A stretch of DNA of 64,000 bases, from contig CAXBLY010000002.1 in the NCBI GenBank assembly GCA_963976865.1, positions 152,539 to 216,538 of the forward strand. The letters run 5' to 3'. Below are positions 40,465 through 49,238 of this stretch, piece after piece (position 1 is the first letter of the stretch; each line of letters opens with the position of its first letter). Source of the stretch: an uncultured Gammaproteobacteria bacterium (GTDB lineage Bacteria; Pseudomonadota; Gammaproteobacteria; UBA4575). A model generated the notes under the pieces. That model saw only the letters and a program-made list of their open reading frames with translations, ran no database searches and was not told the origin of the DNA. The translations under genes were made by a program, and so were the position numbers.

Positions 40465-40471
40465 TTTGGGG

Positions 40472-41203
40472 TCAGTTATCCTGTTCTTCCATTAACAATG
40501 TTTTAAAATCAGCTACCAATGACTCATCGTGCAGAAAACTCGCGCTGTATTGAGAACGTTTAACGCCATTCTTGTCGATTAGAAATACTCGCAGAATATG
40601 CGCAAATTTATTGCTGGGGTTACCTTCTTCATCGTATTCCTGATTAACGTATTGTCCAAACCCCTGTGTAATCGGCTCCAGCTCTTCCTGAGAAGCGGTG
40701 GTTAGAAATTGCCATTCTGGCCCACCAAAATCCTTACTTCCCTGGCCATAAAACTTCATGACCTCAGGTGTATCATATTTAGGATCAAAGCTCAGGCTAA
40801 TCAACCTTAGCTGGTCAGATAACTCCGGATGGTCTTTTAGCGCATCTTTCAATTTATAAAAAACTGCTGTAACCAGTGGACAGCCGTTGAGGTCCGAACA
40901 TTGGGTATAAATAAAACTCAGTACAACAATTTTATCGCCGTAAAAATCTGACAGGCGTTTTTCTTCGCCTTCGTCTGTGAGTACATTACCATCCGCAGCT
41001 TTGCCGAACGGAGGCAGATTGTATGTTCCAGGCTCAGGTAATTCGAATTCCATATCGCCCCAGCCTGGCGCATGAAGCCGTACCTGGTTTTCATGGCTGG
41101 CAACCTTGGCGGTATGTTCTGTCTCGTTATCTGTTGCTTTATCGCACCCGTACAGCGACAAGCTTAACAATAGTGAAAAACAAGTTATGTAAACGTTTTT
41201 CAT
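40472..41203 (-). CDS. SCO1/SenC-family copper chaperone (lipoprotein)
   Basis: Lipobox LYGC; FIYTQCSDLNGC; SLSFDPKYDTPE; HILRVFLID. Confidence 0.88.
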   Translation of the reverse strand: MKNVYITCFSLLLSLSLYGCDKATDNETEHTAKVASHENQVRLHAPGWGDMEFELPEPGTYNLPPFGKAADGNVLTDEGEEKRLSDFYGDKIVVLSFIYTQCSDLNGCPLVTAVFYKLKDALKDHPELSDQLRLISLSFDPKYDTPEVMKFYGQGSKDFGGPEWQFLTTASQEELEPITQGFGQYVNQEYDEEGNPSNKFAHILRVFLIDKNGVKRSQYSASFLHDESLVADFKTLLMEEQDN

Positions 41204-41231
41204 GATTCCTGTTTTAATCCTCTATATAAAC

Positions 41232-41259
41232 AAAAGGCCGCCTACTAGGGCGGCCTTTT
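41232..41259 (-). terminator. Rho-independent terminator downstream of mtoX
   Basis: AAAAGGCCGCC-TACTAG-GGCGGCCTTTT; TTTTGTTT tail on the minus strand. A second hairpin GACGTTTA-TTCGC-TAAACGTC lies at 41273-41293. Confidence 0.8.
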
Positions 41260-41313
41260 ATATGACTGCTAGGACGTTTATTCGCTAAACGTCAGCCTAA
41301 CCTCTAGATTCAA

Positions 41314-42693
41314 TTACTGCTCTAATTGAGACATCATTGTATCTGAAGAGTTCGGCGCTTGAGAGTATAGCGAGTACGCACCAAATCTCATTTGATGTGC
41401 ACGGCCCAGCTTCAACTGATAGAAGTCAATTGTGAACTGGTGATCAAGCTTCTTGCCATTCCAGTGGTACAGCTTGAACCATTGCTCATCATCTTTACCA
41501 GTCTTGTCCCAGCTTCCTAACAGAGAAGTTGTGAAGTAAGCACGCTTACCATCCCAGCTTTGAGAGATCATGTTTACCTGTGAACCAATCTTGTGCTCAT
41601 AAGTCTGCTTGGGATTGTGTGGATCGCTGATATCAAAGTAACGAGTCTTTCCATCCATGAATGTTTGCACCCAAAGACCTTTATCATCAGCAGTGATTGA
41701 GATATCTACAGGAAGTGGTACTTTTGAAGGGTCACCTATATCAGCAACATCTTCAGCCTGCCACTCGCCTTTTTCATCCAGGTAAATCAGCCAGATTTTA
41801 GAAGTTAAAGCAGTAGTAGTGAAACAGTAGTTGTTGTCACCTGCCCACGCGCATCGTATTTCTAATGGTGCACCAGGTACGTCAAATACTTTCTTTGGCT
41901 TACGAGTGTGCAGATCCCAAACTACCATTGTATTACCAAAACGCTTCATGGCTTCCGGATCAGATAGCATCTGACCAAAGTCCATCATGTAGTTTGACCA
42001 TCCTGTGAACGATGATGTGAACATGGCATTAACACGTGGTAGTACACGTACATCATATCCATAACCATCAGCGAAGTTACCCGTCTTATGAGAACCGCGA
42101 AGGTCATCATCCGTTGGGAACCAGTGAGCAGCAATGAATTCACCTTCACTAGTGTATTCCGCCATGCCTGTACGTCCACCATGATCGACATTGTTAGACA
42201 GTGCAGAAACCATAATACGGCCAGGTAACGCATAGAAAGTATGAGGTCCAACCATACCGCCAGTTTTATCAACAAAGTTAGTGATCACTTTGTGTAACTT
42301 GGGTTCACGCGGATTTGAATGAACATCAAAAATAAAGATCTTGTTACTATCCAGACCACCAGCCCATAGGAAACGACGGTCATCAGATAAACCAGAGTGA
42401 TGGGCTTCATTGCGGCCACCAACAGATACAATGTGAACAACTTCGCCGTAATCATCTGCATCAGGGTTAACAGAAATTGTGACCAGCTTGTCTTGCTCGT
42501 CTCCCATTCCTTCAACACCCAAAGTCCATACGTATACAAAGTCTTCCTGACCTACGATCTTGGCCATGTATGGTGACATGCATGTCTCATCAGCTTGAGC
42601 TGTGCCGGGCATTCCACCTACTAATGCTGCTGCACCGAATACCGCTGAAGCGACTGCGCCTTTTGCCCATTTAAATGGAAGCATTTTTTTCAT
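41314..42693 (-). CDS. mtoX: Methanethiol oxidase (SBP56/SELENBP1 family)
   Basis: Signal peptide then DETC; EAHH, GPHTFYALPGR, FTGWSNYMMD (W232), GAPLEIR, LLGSWDK (W395) and LGRAHQM. The two putative TTQ Trp are 163 aa apart, as W211/W374 of Hyphomicrobium MtoX. SCO and MauG-like neighbours support the call. Confidence 0.92.
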   Translation of the reverse strand: MKKMLPFKWAKGAVASAVFGAAALVGGMPGTAQADETCMSPYMAKIVGQEDFVYVWTLGVEGMGDEQDKLVTISVNPDADDYGEVVHIVSVGGRNEAHHSGLSDDRRFLWAGGLDSNKIFIFDVHSNPREPKLHKVITNFVDKTGGMVGPHTFYALPGRIMVSALSNNVDHGGRTGMAEYTSEGEFIAAHWFPTDDDLRGSHKTGNFADGYGYDVRVLPRVNAMFTSSFTGWSNYMMDFGQMLSDPEAMKRFGNTMVVWDLHTRKPKKVFDVPGAPLEIRCAWAGDNNYCFTTTALTSKIWLIYLDEKGEWQAEDVADIGDPSKVPLPVDISITADDKGLWVQTFMDGKTRYFDISDPHNPKQTYEHKIGSQVNMISQSWDGKRAYFTTSLLGSWDKTGKDDEQWFKLYHWNGKKLDHQFTIDFYQLKLGRAHQMRFGAYSLYSQAPNSSDTMMSQLEQ

Positions 42694-43061
42694 TGTTTAA
42701 ACTCCGTAAATATTACTTAAAAGTAAACCTAATCTCGAATCAAGATATAAATACATGGTAACGTTTTAGGTCCACATAAACACACACCCACGTATGGGTA
42801 ACCAAAATCCAGTTCGATGTGCGACATTATGCCGCATCCAGCACTACTATCAAGTTCTAATAAGATACTAGTTGTCCTCTATCTGTTGAACGTAAAATAC
42901 TAAAATGCCTTGATTTATAGGGATATTTACTCATTACTGACTGAAATTTATTCATTATGACTACTTCGCCACTGTTAATTACAAATAATGAACGAAACTG
43001 CCGGACACTATTTCAGTCTCACACTTATTATTAATATGAAATAACCACTAAATTATTCAAT

Positions 43062-43634
43062 ATGCACACATCAGCCACTACCCTGTCAGCCCGCTTACTG
43101 CTTGTCATTATTGTATGCGCGTTCATGAGCATCACACATGCGAATACCCCTAAACTGGGGGGTGATTTCGAGTTGACCACTCACAAAGGCAAGCTGTTTC
43201 ATTTGAGCGACATAAAAGGAAAAGTTGGCATTATATTTTTTGGATTCACCCACTGCCCTGACGTTTGCCCAAATACCTTATTGGAAATTCAACGCCTGAT
43301 CGCAGCACTGGATGACCAGGCAGAGCAAATACAGGTACTCTTTATTAGCGTTGACCCGAAGCGAGATACACCAGAGAAATTAGATAGTTATGTTGCCTAC
43401 TTCAACAAGAATATAATTGGTTTGACGGGTTCAGAAGACGACATCGCCAAAGTACTGAAGCAGTTTAATGCCAGTGTGAAGTTCAGTGGTGACGTCAGCA
43501 CTGACAACTATAATGTCGACCACACTGCCAATATGTTTCTGATTGACCGACAGGGCAATATTGGCAGTATCATTCTTCCACGCACACCCTTTGCAGTACT
43601 GGAGCAACAGGTGCGCAAGCTGATCGCTCAATAA
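43062..43634 (+). CDS. SCO-family protein (canonical)
   Basis: FFGFTHCPDVCP, SVDPKRDTPE and DHTA. Confidence 0.92.
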   Translation: MHTSATTLSARLLLVIIVCAFMSITHANTPKLGGDFELTTHKGKLFHLSDIKGKVGIIFFGFTHCPDVCPNTLLEIQRLIAALDDQAEQIQVLFISVDPKRDTPEKLDSYVAYFNKNIIGLTGSEDDIAKVLKQFNASVKFSGDVSTDNYNVDHTANMFLIDRQGNIGSIILPRTPFAVLEQQVRKLIAQ

Positions 43635-44021
43635 TTAGTCATATTTGATATAGGCAAAACGCTGGTCATTGGGCACACCATCCAGGTCAGGCTCGTCCTT
43701 GCCTGGATTCCACTGGATAACTTCTTCAATCTTTTTCGCCAGTGCAAAATCTTTATTGGTCACACCTTTGGCGGCATGATTCATCAGCTTAACCACCACA
43801 AAAGCATATGAAACGGTTAAATCCGGATGATGCCATGCTGCTTCTGCCAGATGGCCCACGGTATTGACCACCATTAAAGTGCCTTTCCAGCTATTGGTCT
43901 TGTATTTACGTCTGATCCAGCCGTTTTCGTAGTACCACTTTGGCAATTCCTCAGACAGACGCAGTTCTATTTGCTCATCTGTATAAGTCTGTTCCGGCTT
44001 AATATCTCGCCACTTCGACAT
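43635..44021 (-). CDS. Pterin-4a-carbinolamine dehydratase-like protein (PcbD type of H4MPT islands)
   Basis: GHLAEAAWHHPDL, NHAAKGVTNKDFALA. Confidence 0.88.
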   Translation of the reverse strand: MSKWRDIKPEQTYTDEQIELRLSEELPKWYYENGWIRRKYKTNSWKGTLMVVNTVGHLAEAAWHHPDLTVSYAFVVVKLMNHAAKGVTNKDFALAKKIEEVIQWNPGKDEPDLDGVPNDQRFAYIKYD

Positions 44022-44173
44022 GACAGGCCTCCTTTTTCTAGATAGTACAAAATTTACTCACCGCGAAAATCGCGAAATTAATAAAACGATGATATACGCA
44101 TTCCATTAGAAATCACGTAAAATAACGAGCTCGCATTATCTCAAATAAAATTACTTAGGAATTCAGGCACATT

Positions 44174-45850
44174 ATGGACAAGGCTGTTACGCGCAAACGC
44201 AATAAAATGCGGGGTGAGCAACGTGGAAGAAACGTTAATCCTCTGGCTTTACAACAAGTTCACGATCTACTGGGTGACATGCCGATCCGACGCGATCTAC
44301 TCATTGAATATCTGCATTTAATTCAAGACAAATATAACCATATCTCAGCAGATCATATGACGGCACTCGCCAGCGTGATGAAACTGGCTACTACCGAAGT
44401 CTACGAAGTCGCCTCGTTCTATCATCACTTTGATCTGGTCAAAGAAGGCCATCATGCACCCCCGGAACTGACCATCAGAGTGTGCGACTCCGTTAGTTGC
44501 GAACTGAATAATTCCCAGCAGATTATTAAAGCACTGGAAGGAAAATATAACGGTGAAATCCGTATCCAGCCTGTGCCATGTGTGGGCCGTTGCGAACAGG
44601 CACCAGTGGCAGTGGTTGGCACAAATGCTATTCCATATGCGGATGTCGATAAAATCGTTTCGGCTGTAAACAACAAAGAAAAAGACGCTGTTGCACCGGA
44701 CTGTATTTCTTTTGAAGATTACAAAAAAGATGGCGGCTACGAAACATTAAACAAATTAATTAATGGCTCGCTTACTAAAGAAGATGTCATCACGACTCTT
44801 GAAGATTCAAATTTACGTGGACTAGGCGGCGCAGGATTTCCAGCCGGAAGAAAATGGAGAATTGTTGGCGATCAAGACGCACCAAGAATTATGGCAGTGA
44901 ACATCGATGAAGGCGAACCCGGTACTTTCAAGGATCGTTACTACCTTGAAAGAGATCCACACAGATTTTTAGAAGGCATGCTAATTGCCGCACATGTTGT
45001 CGGTACTGAAGCTATTTATATTTATCTGCGCGACGAATATGCAGGTGTGCGCAAAGCATTAACAAATGAATTAGACAAATTAAAAGCCAATCCCCCTCAT
45101 ACACTTCCGCATATTGAATTAAGACGTGGTGCCGGCGCATATATCTGCGGTGAAGAATCAGCAATGATTGAGTCCATTGAAGGCAAGCGAGGCATGCCTC
45201 GCCTGCGTCCTCCTTTTGTGGCACAGGTTGGCGTCTTTGGCCGCCCAACACTTGAACACAACATGGAAACATTATACTGGGTCAGAGATTTAATCGAGCG
45301 AGGCGCAGACTGGTTTACATCAAATGGCAGAAACGGGCGTAAAGGTTTGCGTTCCTTTTCTGTTAGTGGTCGCGTGAAGAAGCCTGGTGTGCACCTGGCA
45401 CCTGCAGGTATCACCGTTAAAGAGTTAATCGATGAATATTGTGACGGCATGCTTGATGGTCATGAATTTTACGGTTATTTCCCCGGAGGCGCGTCAGGAG
45501 GAATTCTTCCTGCCAGCATGGGCGACATTCCGATGGACTTTGATACTCTCAACGAGTACGGATGCTTTATTGGTTCTGCCGCCGTCATGATTTTCTCAAA
45601 TCAGGATAGCGCAAAAGCGTTGGCACACAATGCCATGAAATTCTTTTCACATGAATCATGTGGCAAGTGCACACCTTGCCGGGTTGGCACATCCAAGGCA
45701 GTGATGCTAATGGACAAAGGCAAGTGGGACCAGCCTTTAATGAAAGAACTTTCGCAAACCATGAATGATGCTTCAATTTGCGGTTTGGGTCAGGCAGCTT
45801 CAAACCCGATGCAATGCGTGATGAAATATTTTCCCGATGAACTCAAATAA
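44174..45850 (+). CDS. NAD-dependent formate dehydrogenase beta subunit (NuoE/NuoF-like fusion)
   Basis: CDSVSC...CVGRC (2Fe-2S); LRGLGGAGFPAG, DEGEPGTFKDR and YICGEESA; CGKCTPC...C (4Fe-4S). Confidence 0.9.
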   Translation: MDKAVTRKRNKMRGEQRGRNVNPLALQQVHDLLGDMPIRRDLLIEYLHLIQDKYNHISADHMTALASVMKLATTEVYEVASFYHHFDLVKEGHHAPPELTIRVCDSVSCELNNSQQIIKALEGKYNGEIRIQPVPCVGRCEQAPVAVVGTNAIPYADVDKIVSAVNNKEKDAVAPDCISFEDYKKDGGYETLNKLINGSLTKEDVITTLEDSNLRGLGGAGFPAGRKWRIVGDQDAPRIMAVNIDEGEPGTFKDRYYLERDPHRFLEGMLIAAHVVGTEAIYIYLRDEYAGVRKALTNELDKLKANPPHTLPHIELRRGAGAYICGEESAMIESIEGKRGMPRLRPPFVAQVGVFGRPTLEHNMETLYWVRDLIERGADWFTSNGRNGRKGLRSFSVSGRVKKPGVHLAPAGITVKELIDEYCDGMLDGHEFYGYFPGGASGGILPASMGDIPMDFDTLNEYGCFIGSAAVMIFSNQDSAKALAHNAMKFFSHESCGKCTPCRVGTSKAVMLMDKGKWDQPLMKELSQTMNDASICGLGQAASNPMQCVMKYFPDELK

Positions 45851-45869
45851 GGAAATGGAGTAACAATAA

Positions 45870-48629
45870 ATGGCAGCTAATCCAAAAGATTTAAAAGAAT
45901 TAAAAACCGTTGAGTTCTCGTTAAACGGAGAAAAAATTCACGCGTTTGAAGATGAAACAATTTTACAGGCCGCACGTAGAAACGGTGTTGAAATTCCACA
46001 CCTTTGTTATACCGATGGCATGCGCGCTGACGGCAACTGCCGTGCCTGTGTCGTTGAAATTGAAGGTGAGCGTGTACTTCAACCCTCATGTGTGCGCACG
46101 CCAACTGAGGGCATGGTCGTCAATACCGGTAATGATCGCGTACTTCACTCTCAGAAAATGGTGCTTGAATTACTTCAATCTGATATCGCTGAAAAAGAAT
46201 ACACTTTAAACAGTGAGCTTGATCAATGGTCACAAAAACTGGAAGTCGGTCTACCCCGTTTTGAATCGCGTCATAATCCACAGGCCGATCTTTCCCACCC
46301 GGCTATTGCAGTCAACCTGGATGCCTGCATTCAATGCACTCGCTGCGTGCGTGCATGCCGTGAAATACAAAACAATGATGTGATTGGCTACGCTAATCGT
46401 GGCTCACACTCGGAAATTGTCTTTGATATTGCTGACCCTATGGGTGACAGCTCATGCGTTGCCTGTGGCGAGTGTGTTCAGGCCTGCCCTACTGGCGCGC
46501 TAATGCCTTCCAATGAATTAGGTCTGCTTGAACCAGACAGAAAAGTGGAGTCAACCTGTCCTTACTGTGGTGTTGGCTGCCTGCTCACATTTAACATTAA
46601 AGATGAAAAGATTATTTATGTCGAAGGCCGCGATGGTCCGGCCAACAAGAGCCGCTTATGTGTTAAAGGCCGCTATGGCTTCGATTACATTCATAATGAT
46701 CGTCGATTAACCAAACCTTTAATTCGCAAGGAAGGTGCCGCTAAAGTTTCTAATATCGAAGCACTGACTGAAGAAGACATAAGTGCAATGTTCAGAGAAG
46801 CAAGCTGGGACGAAGCACTGGAATTTGCCGCCAAAGGACTACGTGATATCCGTGACGAACTTGGTGGAAACGCGCTCGCTGGTTTTGGCTCAGCCAAAGG
46901 ATCCAACGAAGAAGCGTACCTGTTCCAAAAGCTCATTCGTACCGGCTTTAAAACCAACAACGTTGATCACTGTACACGTCTGTGTCATGCCTCTTCTGTT
47001 GTTGCGTTACTAGAAGGTCTGGGTTCGGGGGCGGTATCCAATCAGGTCGCTGAAGTTGAAGACGCTGAAGTAATTGTGATTATTGGCTCCAACCCCACCA
47101 CCAATCATCCAGTAGCAGCAACCTTTATTAAAAACGCAGCACGCGCTGGCAAGAAATTGATTGTGATGGATCCTCGTGGCACTGAAATTGCGCGCCATGC
47201 TGATTACTTTTTGCAATTCAAACCAGATACTGATGTCGCCATGCTGAATGCCATCATGCATTCAATCATTAAACAGGGTTTGGTCGACAAGGAATTTATT
47301 GCCAATCGTACCGAAGGTTATGCAGAGCTTGAGCAACACTTAAAAGATTTCTCGCCAGAAGAAATGGAAAAAATCTGTGGCATTCCTGCTGAGACATTAC
47401 ATGAAGTAGCGCGTGTTTACGCATCATCCAAAGCATCAATCATTTTCTGGGGCATGGGTATATCACAACACATACATGGTACTGACAATTCTCGCTGCCT
47501 GATTGCACTGTCTCTCATTACTGGTCAGATAGGCAAACCTGGTACAGGCTTGCATCCGCTACGAGGACAAAATAATGTCCAGGGTGCTTCAGACGTCGGC
47601 CTGATTCCGATGGTTTTCCCGGATTATCAACGCGTGGACAACCCGGAAGCGCAAGCAAGATTTGAAAAACTGTGGAATGCCGAGCTTGACCCAAAACCTG
47701 GTCTGACTGTGGTTGAGATCATGGATGAAATTACGGATGGCAATATTTTAGGCATGTACATTGAAGGGGAAAATCCGGCAATGTCAGATCCTAATCTTAA
47801 CCATGCGCGAAAAGCACTAGCATCACTTAAACACTTGGTTGTTCAGGATATCTTCCTCACTGAAACCGCTTTGTTTGCTGACGTCGTCCTGCCCGCTTCT
47901 GCATTTCCGGAGAAAGATGGCTCGTTTACCAACACTGACCGTCGTGTACAGTTGGGCCGCAAGGCCGTCAACCCGCCTGGTGATGCCAGACAAGACTTGT
48001 GGATCATCCAGGAAATAGCCAAACGACTTGGCTGTGACTGGAGTTATGCTGGTCCTAGTGATGTATTTGCTGAAATGCGTTTAGGTATGGATTCAATTAA
48101 GGGCATGTCATGGGACCGTCTGGAAAATCATGATTCCGTGACATACCCATGCGATAGTCCGGAAGATCCTGGTCAGGGAATTATATTTATCGATGACTTC
48201 CCGACTGAAAGTGGTAAGGGCCGTTTAGTACCGGCTAAATTTACCAATGCTGATGAGCTTCCAGACAGCGAATACAATTTTGTATTGATTACAGGCCGTC
48301 AGCTTGAGCACTGGCATACAGGTGCTATGACCAGACACGCCTCAATGCTTGATGCTATTGAACCGGTACCTGTCGCATCTATTAATCCAAAAGATCTGGA
48401 AAAACTGGGCTTAAGCGCAGACGAGATGATTCGCCTGACTTCACGCCGCGGCAGCATCGAATGCTACGCGCGAGTTGATGATGGGTTGAGAGAAGGCCAG
48501 ATATTCATGCCATTTTGCTATCACGAAGCGGCCGCGAATTTGTTAACAACTGATGCGCTTGATCCGTTTGCTAAAATCCCGGAATTTAAATTCTGCGCAA
48601 TAAAACTGGGCGCTGTAGAAAAGCACTAA
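45870..48629 (+). CDS. NAD-dependent formate dehydrogenase alpha subunit (Mo/W-bisPGD, Cys ligand)
   Basis: N-terminal Fe-S motifs; CPYCGVGC, RLCHASS, LRGQNNVQG and AKIPEFKFCA. Confidence 0.93.
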   Translation: MAANPKDLKELKTVEFSLNGEKIHAFEDETILQAARRNGVEIPHLCYTDGMRADGNCRACVVEIEGERVLQPSCVRTPTEGMVVNTGNDRVLHSQKMVLELLQSDIAEKEYTLNSELDQWSQKLEVGLPRFESRHNPQADLSHPAIAVNLDACIQCTRCVRACREIQNNDVIGYANRGSHSEIVFDIADPMGDSSCVACGECVQACPTGALMPSNELGLLEPDRKVESTCPYCGVGCLLTFNIKDEKIIYVEGRDGPANKSRLCVKGRYGFDYIHNDRRLTKPLIRKEGAAKVSNIEALTEEDISAMFREASWDEALEFAAKGLRDIRDELGGNALAGFGSAKGSNEEAYLFQKLIRTGFKTNNVDHCTRLCHASSVVALLEGLGSGAVSNQVAEVEDAEVIVIIGSNPTTNHPVAATFIKNAARAGKKLIVMDPRGTEIARHADYFLQFKPDTDVAMLNAIMHSIIKQGLVDKEFIANRTEGYAELEQHLKDFSPEEMEKICGIPAETLHEVARVYASSKASIIFWGMGISQHIHGTDNSRCLIALSLITGQIGKPGTGLHPLRGQNNVQGASDVGLIPMVFPDYQRVDNPEAQARFEKLWNAELDPKPGLTVVEIMDEITDGNILGMYIEGENPAMSDPNLNHARKALASLKHLVVQDIFLTETALFADVVLPASAFPEKDGSFTNTDRRVQLGRKAVNPPGDARQDLWIIQEIAKRLGCDWSYAGPSDVFAEMRLGMDSIKGMSWDRLENHDSVTYPCDSPEDPGQGIIFIDDFPTESGKGRLVPAKFTNADELPDSEYNFVLITGRQLEHWHTGAMTRHASMLDAIEPVPVASINPKDLEKLGLSADEMIRLTSRRGSIECYARVDDGLREGQIFMPFCYHEAAANLLTTDALDPFAKIPEFKFCAIKLGAVEKH

Positions 48630-48649
48630 ATTAACGTTAACACAGCACG

Positions 48650-48678
48650 GGCTCTGCTGTTGATTTAGCAGCAGAGCC
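48650..48678. terminator. Hairpin downstream of the FDH alpha gene
   Basis: GGCTCTGCTG...CAGCAGAGCC 10-bp stem; no U-tract on the plus strand. Confidence 0.45.
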
Positions 48679-48875
48679 AAAATCCCGTAATTTTCTAATA
48701 TAACCTATAAATACAGGGTTATATCACGTCAACCAAATATCTCTTCCAACGTTGTTATCATTGAGAATATACATAAATACCTGGATGTATTCTCATACGC
48801 ATTAGGCATTGATGTACTTTATATATTCAGTGCTTGCCTGTAATCAAACGCCTATCAGGGCGAGGAGATTTAATT

Positions 48876-49172
48876 ATGACGACACATTTCGCCAAATTAA
48901 CAAAAGTAGCAGGAGTGGTTTTACTGCTTTCACTTTCATCGAATAGTTTTGCGGGCGGCCTTTACGGAAGTGTTGGCTATATTGATCATCCGATCAAAAT
49001 TGTGATTGGTCACAATGGTCATGGAAAGCACTACAAACACAGAAGCAATCACTATCGCCATTACAAGAAAGATTATTACGCTCATCGATACAATCATAGA
49101 CGCGCGCATCGTTATGAGCACAGAGTGCACCATTACGCTCCACCAAGGAGATACTGTAGATCAGGCTATTAA
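48876..49172 (+). CDS. Small secreted His/Tyr/Arg-rich protein
   Basis: GAGGAG RBS, ATG 48876, signal peptide ending SFA, low-complexity basic His-rich mature part. Confidence 0.7.
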   Translation: MTTHFAKLTKVAGVVLLLSLSSNSFAGGLYGSVGYIDHPIKIVIGHNGHGKHYKHRSNHYRHYKKDYYAHRYNHRRAHRYEHRVHHYAPPRRYCRSGY

Positions 49173-49194
49173 ACTTTAGCCTGGGTATTGATAG

Positions 49195-49214
49195 AGCCTC
49201 TCACGTGAGAGGCT
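49195..49214. terminator. Perfect 20-bp palindrome between convergent genes
   Basis: AGCCTCTCACGTGAGAGGCT followed by TT. Confidence 0.6.
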
Positions 49215-49238
49215 TTCCAAATACGGCGGTGTATTATT

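Noticed and set aside
42819-42834. Sigma54 promoter upstream of mtoX (CGGCATAATGTCGC)
   Set aside because: The GG-to-GC spacing is N9, not the obligatory N10.
43632-43637. Abutting convergent stop codons forming TAATTA (SCO / pcbD)
   Set aside because: Real, but most simply explained by compact gene packing; there is no other evidence of function.
44079-44100. ModE-like box upstream of FDH (ATCG...CGAT)
   Set aside because: The spacing is 14 nt rather than about 20, and the inner TATATA arms are absent.
46960-47000. Selenocysteine in FDH alpha
   Set aside because: The ligand codon is TGT (Cys) and the ORF has no in-frame TGA.
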